Origin: an uncultured Acidobacteriia bacterium
GTDB lineage: Bacteria; Acidobacteriota; Terriglobia; Bryobacterales; Bryobacteraceae
Assembly: GCA_903925975.1 (NCBI GenBank)
Contig: CAIYHG010000001.1
Coordinates: forward strand, 3,454-67,453
Reading direction: 5' to 3'
Length of the DNA: 64,000 nt
How positions within the stretch are numbered: position 1 is the first letter of the stretch; the number at the start of each line of letters is the position of its first letter. Positions 28,278 to 35,984 of the stretch are shown here, piece by piece. Made by a program: the position numbers and the translations under genes. The notes below the pieces were generated by a model that had not been told where the DNA came from, did no database searches, and saw only the letters and a list, made by a program, of their open reading frames with translations.

Positions 28278-28844
28278 ATGGCATCTCTCATCCAGAACCA
28301 GTTCGAAAGCAACGTAGTTACCACGTCCGTGGACTACGTTTTCAACTGGGCGCGTAAGTCGTCCGTCTGGCCGTTGACCTTCGGGTTGGCATGCTGCGCC
28401 ATTGAGATGATCGCCGCGAGCGCTTCGCGGTTCGATATCGCTCGCTTCGGCGCAGAGGTATTCCGCCCCAGCCCGCGTCAGTCCGACCTCATGATCGTCG
28501 CCGGCACGGTGACTCTCAAGATGGCTCCGGTGCTGAAGCGTATCTGGGACCAGATGCCCGATCCGAAGTGGTGCATGGCCATGGGCGCCTGTTCGAGCGT
28601 GGGCGGCCCGTTCAACACTTACGCCGTCCTGCAGGGCGTGGACAAGATCGTACCCGTGGACGTCTACATCACCGGTTGCCCCCCGCGGCCGGAGAACCTC
28701 TTCTACGGGTTGATGCAACTCCAGGACAAGATCGACCAGATGACCACCCTGGTGAAACGGCCCACGGAAGTGCGGCTCGACGAATCGATGCTGGCCGATT
28801 TCAAGAGCCAGATCCGGATCTCCCAGATTCAAAACCCGGCATAG
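28278..28844 (+). CDS. nuoB: NADH-quinone oxidoreductase subunit B
   Basis: [29 protein letters not shown] and GCPPRPE give all four N2-cluster cysteines. Confidence 0.95.
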   Translation: MASLIQNQFESNVVTTSVDYVFNWARKSSVWPLTFGLACCAIEMIAASASRFDIARFGAEVFRPSPRQSDLMIVAGTVTLKMAPVLKRIWDQMPDPKWCMAMGACSSVGGPFNTYAVLQGVDKIVPVDVYITGCPPRPENLFYGLMQLQDKIDQMTTLVKRPTEVRLDESMLADFKSQIRISQIQNPA

Positions 28845-28845
28845 C

Positions 28846-29499
28846 TTGTTCTACAAGGATTCGCAGCAGATCTATCGCGCTAAATCGCTGGCGTCTATTC
28901 CGTGGCTGATTCACGGTTTTGCCACGCGCCACGCCGATATCCCCGCGCAATTCGAGCGCCTCGCCACTCTGAAGCAGATCCACTCGGCCGATTGTATTTT
29001 TGCCGACGGGCGAACGGGCGTACTCGGGCAGGGCGACGCATTGATCGAGAATGAACCCGGCGCGGTAGTCGCTGTGAGAACCGCCGATTGCATTCCCATT
29101 CTGATCGTTGACGAGGAGCGGCGCGTTGTCGCTGCGGTGCACGCCGGATGGCGCGGCACGGTGGCCGCGATTGCCGCGCGCGCCGTCCAGACCATGCATG
29201 AGCGCTTCGGATGCCCTCCGGCGGATTTGCGCGCCGCCATCGGCCCTGGCATTGGCAAGTGCTGTTTCGAGGTTGGCCCCGAAGTGGCCGTTCAGTTCGG
29301 CGCCCAGGGCAGAACCCGTATCGACCTGGAGGCCCATAACCTCCGCGTGTTGCTCGAAGCCGGCCTGAAGCCGGAGCGGGTCGAAGCCTCCGGTCTTTGC
29401 ACCGTCTGCATGGCTCAGGATTTTCATTCCTATCGCCGCGACCGGGAGGCCGCGGGCCGCTGTTACTCTTTCGCCGGAATCCGCCAGGCGGTACAGTAA
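28846..29499 (+). CDS. pgeF: peptidoglycan editing factor PgeF (YfiH/DUF152 laccase-domain protein)
   Basis: IHSAD, RTADCIPIL, AAVHAGWRGT, CCFEVG, C..C....FHSYRRD. TTG start 1 nt after the nuoB stop. Confidence 0.9.
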   Translation: MFYKDSQQIYRAKSLASIPWLIHGFATRHADIPAQFERLATLKQIHSADCIFADGRTGVLGQGDALIENEPGAVVAVRTADCIPILIVDEERRVVAAVHAGWRGTVAAIAARAVQTMHERFGCPPADLRAAIGPGIGKCCFEVGPEVAVQFGAQGRTRIDLEAHNLRVLLEAGLKPERVEASGLCTVCMAQDFHSYRRDREAAGRCYSFAGIRQAVQ

Positions 29500-29514
29500 G
29501 ATTGAGCCTCACCC

Positions 29515-30237
29515 ATGTTCACGTGGATCTGCCAGCAATGCGGGCGCGAAGTACCGCCCTCTTATAACGACTGCCCGGATTGCGCGGCAAAGAGCCAGCC
29601 GGCGCAAGCATCCGGGTCGCTCGCGCCGGCGCCGCCCGTCTCGCCGGAGCGCCAACTGGAAAAGCCCGTGTCGCCCGCGATGCCGGTGGCGGCAAGACCA
29701 CGCCCCGCCGCGGCTCAGCACCACGGCGCGACCTTGCCTGTATGGCTGCTCACTCTCTTGTTCGCGTTTGCGTTTCTGGGCCTGGGGGCTGGAATCTATT
29801 GGGGCGTCGGCTATTTCCGAGGCCGTCCCTTGCAAGGGACGCCGTCGAGCACCGTGGAAAGTCCCGCCGCGAAACCCGGCAACGCCTCCAATCCGTTCCA
29901 GAAGTTCGTCGAGATTTCGGGACTGCGTTTTGCGTCGGAATCGAAAACTCCGGATCGTGTGGTTGTGAAGTTCATGGTCACGAATCACTCCGGCGCAGCC
30001 ATTGACGGCCTCGCCGGGAACGTCACCATCTGGGGCCGCACGCAGCAATCGGAAGAAGACGCCCAGGGCACATTCTCGTTCCTTACGGACCTGAAGCCTC
30101 TCGAATCGAAGGAACTCTCGGCGCCGCTCACCACCAAGTACAAGATCTACGAACTGCCCGACTGGCAGAATGCGACCGCCGACGTACAGATCACTGCTCC
30201 TGAGGGAGGCTTCGCAAGTTCTCCTGCGCCTCGCTGA
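29515..30237 (+). CDS. hypothetical protein: N-terminal zinc ribbon, one TM, C-terminal beta-rich domain
   Basis: CQQCG..CPDC at the N-terminus, a Pro/Ala linker, and the TM span LPVWLLTLLFAFAFLGLGAGIYW. Confidence 0.6.
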   Translation: MFTWICQQCGREVPPSYNDCPDCAAKSQPAQASGSLAPAPPVSPERQLEKPVSPAMPVAARPRPAAAQHHGATLPVWLLTLLFAFAFLGLGAGIYWGVGYFRGRPLQGTPSSTVESPAAKPGNASNPFQKFVEISGLRFASESKTPDRVVVKFMVTNHSGAAIDGLAGNVTIWGRTQQSEEDAQGTFSFLTDLKPLESKELSAPLTTKYKIYELPDWQNATADVQITAPEGGFASSPAPR

Positions 30238-31624
30238 AGGCCGGACGGATAGCGAGAGCGTGCTCAAAATCGGCGCGCGCCGCCTCGGGGAGCCCGATCA
30301 AAGCGTAGGCTACGCCTCGATTGTTATAGTACTCGGCATTCGACGGATCGAGCGTAATCGCCTGGCTGAAATTCTCCAGCGCCGCATCCGGCTGGCGCTC
30401 GTCCAGGTACACCTTGCCCATGGCAGCAGCCAGCGTCGGGTCGTTCGGGTTCGCGGGACGCGCGGCTTCAAGCAACTCCAACGCCTTAGCCGCCGGTAGC
30501 GCGCGGGCGAGTTGCACCTTGGGACGAACCTTTTCCGGGCTGCGCCGCACGGCCTCGGCCCACAGCGTTTGCTCGCTCATCCACACCTGCGTGCGGAAGA
30601 AGCTTAGAATCGTGAGGAGCGCCAAGACCGCAATCGCCGCCGGTTTCACGCGCGCCAACCCGATGCCGGCCGCGGCGGCGAAGGCGGCCATCGGAAGATA
30701 CATACGCCAGTCGGCGGCTAAGTCGCGCGCGGGGAGCAGGGAAGAACTGGGTAGCAGCAGAGCGAAACCCGCCACCAGCCACATTGCCCAGCGCCGGTTC
30801 GCGCGCCAGGCCCACGCCGCCGCGCCGAGCAGTAATGCCCAAGCCAGCAGGCCAAGCCAGAGGGCGGGGATGCGTACGTCCGGGTCCACCGTAAAGCCAT
30901 ACGGAACCACGAGCAGCCGCAAGTAGCGCCACACGGCCGGACCCTCGCCCAGGAAATATCGCCACGGGCCGTAAATGCCGGTGGCCGTATACGCGGCATG
31001 CGCCAACCCGGCCGCGGCCAGCGCCGCGGCGACCAGAAACTGCGGCGAGCGCGCTGTCTTCAGCAGGCCGCCCGCTGGCTCGGCGCCGGGCCTGTTCCGC
31101 AGCCGCTCCGCCATGAGAAACAGAACAGGCAGTGCCGCGCAGCTCTCGTTCGCCGCCACAGCTACCGCAAAGGCCGCCACCGCCGCCCATCGCTTGCCAT
31201 CTATCCAAGCCAGCAGCGAGGCCAGGCAGAGGAGCGTTCCCAGAAGCGCCGCTCGCGCGGAGATATAGTCCACCGCTCCCGCCTGTATTGGGTGGAGGGC
31301 GAATACCGCCGCCCCGAATACCGCCGCCTCCGGCGCCAGCCGCCGCAAGCACTCGTAAAGCAGCATCACCGCGCCCAAATGGAGCGCGAGGTTCACCACG
31401 TGGTAAAGCGGAGCGGAGTTCCCGCCAATGAGATAGCTGAGCCAGAAAGTAAACTGCGTCAGCGGCGCCGCCATCCGCCACGCCCAAACCTGAAGCCCGC
31501 CCGCGGGAGAGGTTAGAGCGGCGTCGGAGAAAATGGCATAATCGTCGAAGTGAAAGCCCGAACTGAGCGAAAGCCCGAAGGCGGCCAGCGCCGCTCCGAG
31601 CGGAAGAAGCCGATTGCGATCCAC
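30191..31624 (-). CDS. TPR-repeat membrane protein (TMTC/PMT-like GT-C N-terminal domain)
   Basis: GTG start, FHFDDYAI motif, about 9 TM spans, C-terminal TPR repeats (YNNRGVAYALIG..A..DFE.AL). Convergent 47-nt overlap with the previous gene. Confidence 0.8.
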   Translation of the reverse strand: MDRNRLLPLGAALAAFGLSLSSGFHFDDYAIFSDAALTSPAGGLQVWAWRMAAPLTQFTFWLSYLIGGNSAPLYHVVNLALHLGAVMLLYECLRRLAPEAAVFGAAVFALHPIQAGAVDYISARAALLGTLLCLASLLAWIDGKRWAAVAAFAVAVAANESCAALPVLFLMAERLRNRPGAEPAGGLLKTARSPQFLVAAALAAAGLAHAAYTATGIYGPWRYFLGEGPAVWRYLRLLVVPYGFTVDPDVRIPALWLGLLAWALLLGAAAWAWRANRRWAMWLVAGFALLLPSSSLLPARDLAADWRMYLPMAAFAAAAGIGLARVKPAAIAVLALLTILSFFRTQVWMSEQTLWAEAVRRSPEKVRPKVQLARALPAAKALELLEAARPANPNDPTLAAAMGKVYLDERQPDAALENFSQAITLDPSNAEYYNNRGVAYALIGLPEAARADFEHALAIRPAFSEAQENLRSLPQEQ

Positions 31625-31639
31625 TCACTACGAGCTTAC

Positions 31640-32299
31640 GTGAAACGCCCGTCGAACGCATCCGAACGGCGCGAACGCGTGGCCGAAATTCTCAAGCGCC
31701 TCGACGGCATGTACCCGAACGCGACGTGCGCGTTGTATCATTCAAGCCCCTGGGAATTGCTGGTGGCCACTATTCTCTCGGCCCAGTGCACGGATAAGCG
31801 CGTGAACGAGGTGACGCCGGGCCTGTTCGCCAAGTATCCGACCCCGCAAGATTTTGCGGCGGTTCGCCCCGAGGTGCTGGCCAATGACATCCGTAGCACC
31901 GGCTTCTTCAATAACAAGGCGAAATCGGTGGTAGGCGCGGCCTGGAAAGTGGTGGGCGAGTTCGGCGGCCAGGTTCCGCGCACCATGGAAGAACTGCTCA
32001 CCGTTCCCGGAGCGGCGCGCAAGACGGCCAACGTGGTGCTCGGAACGGCATACGGAATCGCCTCTGGCATTGTGGTCGATACGCATGTGCAGCGCCTCTC
32101 GCAGCGTTTGGATCTTACCCACAACACAGACCCGGTGAAGATCGAGCAGGACCTCGTCAAGATCGTCCCCAAGGAGCGCTGGATACTGTTTTCGCACCAG
32201 CTCATCCTGCACGGCCGCGCTCTCTGCCAGGCCCGCAGCCCGAAATGCGCCGAGTGCGCTTTGGGCGATGCGTGCTACGCCAAGGACAAAACCGCCTGA
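31640..32299 (+). CDS. nth: endonuclease III
   Basis: Trimmed to GTG 31640. PWELLVATILSAQCTD, LPGVGRKTANVVL-like (VPGAARKTANVVL), HGR..C....P.C..C (4Fe-4S loop). ATG 31550 is an alternative start but overlaps the divergent gene. Confidence 0.9.
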   Translation: MKRPSNASERRERVAEILKRLDGMYPNATCALYHSSPWELLVATILSAQCTDKRVNEVTPGLFAKYPTPQDFAAVRPEVLANDIRSTGFFNNKAKSVVGAAWKVVGEFGGQVPRTMEELLTVPGAARKTANVVLGTAYGIASGIVVDTHVQRLSQRLDLTHNTDPVKIEQDLVKIVPKERWILFSHQLILHGRALCQARSPKCAECALGDACYAKDKTA

Positions 32300-32310
32300 A
32301 TCGGCGCGTG

Positions 32311-32349
32311 CCGGTTTCACTAACTTTTCCTTCTCTCCGATGAAACCGG
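32311..32349 (+). terminator. hairpin after nth
   Basis: CCGGTTTCA (32311-32319) pairs with TGAAACCGG (32341-32349). The loop is 21 nt and there is no clear U-tract. Confidence 0.3.
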
Positions 32350-32391
32350 AGTTACTCCGTCTCCTTCTAACCAGGCAGGAGGGAAGTGGAG

Positions 32392-32949
32392 ATGCGAACC
32401 AGACTTCTTGGGATACTGGGCGCGGGGCTGGTGGTCTCTTTGGGGCTTGCCTACGCGTCGAACCAGACCCCGGCTGCTTCCTCAAGCGCCGGTGACATAA
32501 ACAAAGGCGTAGCTCACGCACTCGCGGTGTATCCGGATTACACGATTTGGGATAACGTCGAGTACCACGTGAATGGCGGCGAAGTGGAACTGAGCGGAGT
32601 CGTCAGCGAACCCGTCAAGAAGAGCGACCTTTTGCGTACCGTGCAGCGCATTCCTGGCGTGACCGTTGTGTCCGACCGGATACGCGTGCTTCCGTTGTCT
32701 CCGATGGATAACCAACTGCGGTGGCAGGTTGCGCGCGCCATCTACGGCGACAATATCTTGTCGCGCTATGCTGTCGGACCGCTGTCGCCGATTCACATTA
32801 TTGTGGATAACGGCCACGTGACCCTGGCCGGCGTTGTCTCCACCGAAATGGAGAAGAACGTCGCCACTATGCGAGCGTCGGGTGCGGGATTGAGTTTTGG
32901 CCCCGTTGTGAACAACCTCGTTGTTGAGAATCCACCGAAAAAGAAATAA
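32392..32949 (+). CDS. BON-domain protein, secreted
   Basis: GGAGGG Shine-Dalgarno before ATG 32392, signal peptide, and two BON modules (V.GGEV.LSGVV and VDNGHVTLAGVV). Confidence 0.85.
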   Translation: MRTRLLGILGAGLVVSLGLAYASNQTPAASSSAGDINKGVAHALAVYPDYTIWDNVEYHVNGGEVELSGVVSEPVKKSDLLRTVQRIPGVTVVSDRIRVLPLSPMDNQLRWQVARAIYGDNILSRYAVGPLSPIHIIVDNGHVTLAGVVSTEMEKNVATMRASGAGLSFGPVVNNLVVENPPKKK

Positions 32950-33099
32950 CCCGCAGGTTGTCCTCCGGACGGCCGGGCTTGTAGGGAGCCCGGCCGTTCC
33001 CGTCCGAATAGAATCCAACTCCAAGCCGCCGCAAAGTCGAACGAATACCCGGCACGCCGCGTTGTGTGGCGCACGATTCATCGTGCAGAGACGGCATTC

Positions 33100-34086
33100 A
33101 TGCCGGCATTCTTGGGCGTTGCTACAATCGGCTTCGTGAACGGCGCGAAGTTATATCTCGGGATCGATGGCGGCCAATCCAGCACGAAAGCCCTGATCGG
33201 CGACGAGGCCGGGCGCATTTTAGGCGAAGGAACCGGCGGACCCTGCAACCACGCCCGCAAGGGCGAGGGCCGGGCGCGGCTCGAGCGCGGCCTCCGCGAT
33301 AGCGTGGACGCCGCCTGCGAAATGGCCGACTTGGATTTCTCCTCTGTTGAGTTCGAGGCCGCGTGCCTCGGCATGAGCGGCGGACCCGACGATAAGCGCG
33401 AAATCGCGGCGGGAATCCTGCGCGCCCTCAGGCTTGAGGTCACTGGCGACGCCGAAATCGCTCTCGCCGGGGCGACGCCCGGAGGGCAGGGAATCATCGT
33501 CATCGCGGGCACCGGCTCCATCTCCCTGGGCCGCAACGCCCAAGGCCAAACCGCGCGCGCCGGCGGCTGGGGCTACATTTTCGGCGACGAGGGCAGCGCG
33601 TTTGACCTTGTGCGCCGCGCCCTGCGCTCCGCGCTGCGGATGGAGGAGGGCTGGGGCCCGCCCACCGCGCTGCGCCAGATCCTGCTCGATGCCACGGGTT
33701 CACGGGATGCGGGCGAAGCTTTGCACAGTTTCTACCGGGAAGAGTGGCCGCGTTCGCGGGTAGCTGCCCTCGCGCCTCTGGTCGAAACCGCGGCCGAAAA
33801 TGGCGACGCCGCCGCCGCCGAGGCGCTCGCCGGCTCGGCCCGGGAACTCGCGTTCCTGGCCGGCGCCGTCAGGGAGCAGTTGTGGACCCCCGGCGAACCC
33901 GTCAACGTGGCGTATGCCGGGGGCCTATTTCGAAGCCGGCAAATCCTGGAGCGCTTCCGCCTCCTGGTGGAACTGAACGACGGCGTCCGCTGCGCGCCTC
34001 CACTCCGCACCCCCGCCGAGGGCGCTCTGCTAGAGGCGTACCGCTTGGCTGGGCTGGAATTCGCCGCTCTGAGCCGCGCCACGTAG
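33100..34086 (+). CDS. BadF/BadG/BcrA/BcrD-type ATPase (N-acetylglucosamine kinase-like)
   Basis: YLGIDGGQSSTK, IVIAGTGSI, GGWGYIFGDEGSAFDL. Start uncertain (33064, 33100 or the GTG near 33136). Confidence 0.8.
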   Translation: MPAFLGVATIGFVNGAKLYLGIDGGQSSTKALIGDEAGRILGEGTGGPCNHARKGEGRARLERGLRDSVDAACEMADLDFSSVEFEAACLGMSGGPDDKREIAAGILRALRLEVTGDAEIALAGATPGGQGIIVIAGTGSISLGRNAQGQTARAGGWGYIFGDEGSAFDLVRRALRSALRMEEGWGPPTALRQILLDATGSRDAGEALHSFYREEWPRSRVAALAPLVETAAENGDAAAAEALAGSARELAFLAGAVREQLWTPGEPVNVAYAGGLFRSRQILERFRLLVELNDGVRCAPPLRTPAEGALLEAYRLAGLEFAALSRAT

Positions 34087-34119
34087 AGGGAAATAGTGCT
34101 CCCGGCCGGAGTTCAATCG

Positions 34120-35496
34120 CTACTTTCCGCTCACATACCGATTCACGAACTCGGCAAGCTTGTTCTGAATTGAGGTTTCCGCGCATCCGGGCTTCAGCTT
34201 CGAACCCAGCACCTGGAAGCTGTTGTGGCCGAATGCGTCATCCGACGGGATGTATCCCGTGGTGGACTGGCCCGCGATGCCCGCAAACATGATGTTGCTC
34301 ATCGGGGACATAGGAAGGAAACGCTGCCAGATGGCGTTGTACACCTCGCCCTGCGAGTTCGCCACGGCGTAGTTGCCGATGCCCAGTACGCCAACGGCCA
34401 TTTGGGCGTCAGGCCCATCCTTATACGTGCCCGGAGTCCCTTCACGGCCTTGATCGGTGCGGACACGGCCGGGGCAGGAAATGGTCTCACGATAGCCCGC
34501 GAGGCGCACGTTCGAATCTGTCGCCTTCAGGCTGTGGGCCACGCGCAGGACTTCTTCGGCGACGATGATGCCCATCGCTTCCATTACCCTCTCCAGATCG
34601 TCCGCGGCTTTTTGGTCAAGCGCAACGGTCTTCTTGCCCTTATCGCGGATCTCGGCTTCCACTTCCTCACGGATCTGGGGTTGGCCGGCGTACGTGCCGC
34701 CGGAGCGCCGCCAAAGAGCAGCCGTTGCGGCTCTCAGGTAGAGCGGGTTCTGATCGCCCTCGGCGCCGTTGGTGAATGCGACCACCACTTTGTCGTCGTA
34801 AAGCTGTTCAATGAACCGGGTAGCCGCGCCCGGCCAGTCGGCGCTGGTGATGCCGATCAGGTAGCCGTTCACCGGATGCATCGCGTAGCTGAAGTAGATT
34901 GCGATGGGGTCGCCCGTCATGTTCTCGAACTTGAGTACGTATACAGTCTTGTCCGAAGGACCTTCGGGGTCAGCATCCTGCGTCCAGAGCCGCGTCTTGG
35001 GGCTGATCACGTCGCGGTTGACGTTCAGATACGAAGCGCCCTTGCCAAAAGCCACCCGGGCGGGCTGAAGTTTTGAAACGGCTTCGCGAACGACCTGCAG
35101 TAAACGATCGGTAACCGCCGGGGGCTCGACGCGCTGGGTGCCGGGGGGTATCCGTCCGGCGCTGTGCGAGTGCGTGGCCGATACGATTACGTTCTCCACC
35201 GGGCACTTGAGTTCCGCAGCTACCTTCTCGGGCATTTCGGGACGGATTCCGCCGCCATCCATAGTTACCAGCGCGGCGCGCGTGGTTCCGTTGTCGAGCA
35301 CAATCGCACGCAGGAAAAGCTTCTCATGTTCATATTTGCCCGAGGGCTTGGTCTCGGAGGGGGCGGGCGAAAGGTCGGTCCACTCAGCGCGAGCGGCTCC
35401 AACACGCAGCGGGCCACCGTCGGCGCAGGCGGCTACGGCAGCAGCGGCGAATAGTAGGACGAATCCTTTTAAGACGGGGGGCTGATTTAACAGCAT
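34120..35496 (-). CDS. neutral/alkaline ceramidase-like hydrolase (putative), secreted
   Basis: Signal peptide. LRVGAARAEWTDLSP and SATHSHSAG motifs resemble the ceramidase_alk N-terminal domain. Assignment is tentative. Confidence 0.6.
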   Translation of the reverse strand: MLLNQPPVLKGFVLLFAAAAVAACADGGPLRVGAARAEWTDLSPAPSETKPSGKYEHEKLFLRAIVLDNGTTRAALVTMDGGGIRPEMPEKVAAELKCPVENVIVSATHSHSAGRIPPGTQRVEPPAVTDRLLQVVREAVSKLQPARVAFGKGASYLNVNRDVISPKTRLWTQDADPEGPSDKTVYVLKFENMTGDPIAIYFSYAMHPVNGYLIGITSADWPGAATRFIEQLYDDKVVVAFTNGAEGDQNPLYLRAATAALWRRSGGTYAGQPQIREEVEAEIRDKGKKTVALDQKAADDLERVMEAMGIIVAEEVLRVAHSLKATDSNVRLAGYRETISCPGRVRTDQGREGTPGTYKDGPDAQMAVGVLGIGNYAVANSQGEVYNAIWQRFLPMSPMSNIMFAGIAGQSTTGYIPSDDAFGHNSFQVLGSKLKPGCAETSIQNKLAEFVNRYVSGK

Positions 35497-35502
35497 GTGG
35501 AG

Positions 35503-35531
35503 AGAATAGCCGGGGTTGGCGGACGGTTCAA
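35503..35531 (-). promoter_or_regulatory. sigma70-like promoter candidate abutting the ceramidase-like start codon
   Basis: Minus strand reads TTGAAC, 17 nt, TATTCT, 6 nt, ATG. There is no Shine-Dalgarno sequence, so the mRNA may be leaderless. Confidence 0.35.
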
Positions 35532-35902
35532 GCCATATCTTGATAGCTGTTTGGTCTGGTTCTCAACTTCCGATAAGGGATATTATGTCAACTCTGATAT
35601 CTGTCCCACGTGGCCCAAGAGGCCGCTAAGGCACCTTGAACTCCGGAACTCCCCCGATACGGGCGCTGCCAGGTGCAGTCTGCGGCGTTGCCGTCCCCGT
35701 GGCGGTGTGCGGAACGTGCTGCGCGAGGCCTGAGCTGAGGCGCTACCCAGGCATCCGCCTTACTTGTCTAGGCATTAGGACCGAATAAAGCAAGTGTTAC
35801 TTAAGGCCGGTCCCGGAGCTCTACAGGGGACTGACGGGGCCTCCCGGAGCGTTATTGAAGCGTGAAGCGCGCGTCAAGCGGGGTTTTGGGGGGCTGCGGG
35901 GC

Positions 35903-35939
35903 AAAAGACGGCCCGGTCGCCGTTAGAGACGACCGGGCC
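35903..35939 (-). terminator. rho-independent terminator of the FecR-like gene
   Basis: GGCCCGGTCG (35910-35919) pairs with CGACCGGGCC (35930-35939), followed on the minus strand by GTCTTTTGC. A second GCGCGCTAGC/GCTAGCGCGC hairpin spans the stop codon (35966-35993). Confidence 0.65.
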
Positions 35940-35984
35940 AATTAGGGAAGGAACGAGAATCTTGGCGCGCTAGCGCCCACGGGG

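Noticed and set aside
35587-35631. 14-codon ORF (MSTLISVPRGPRGR) with AAGGGA 4 nt upstream, in the 35.5-kb non-coding gap.
   Set aside because: It is too short and featureless to call. It lies on the strand opposite to both flanking genes, so a leader-peptide role is not supported.
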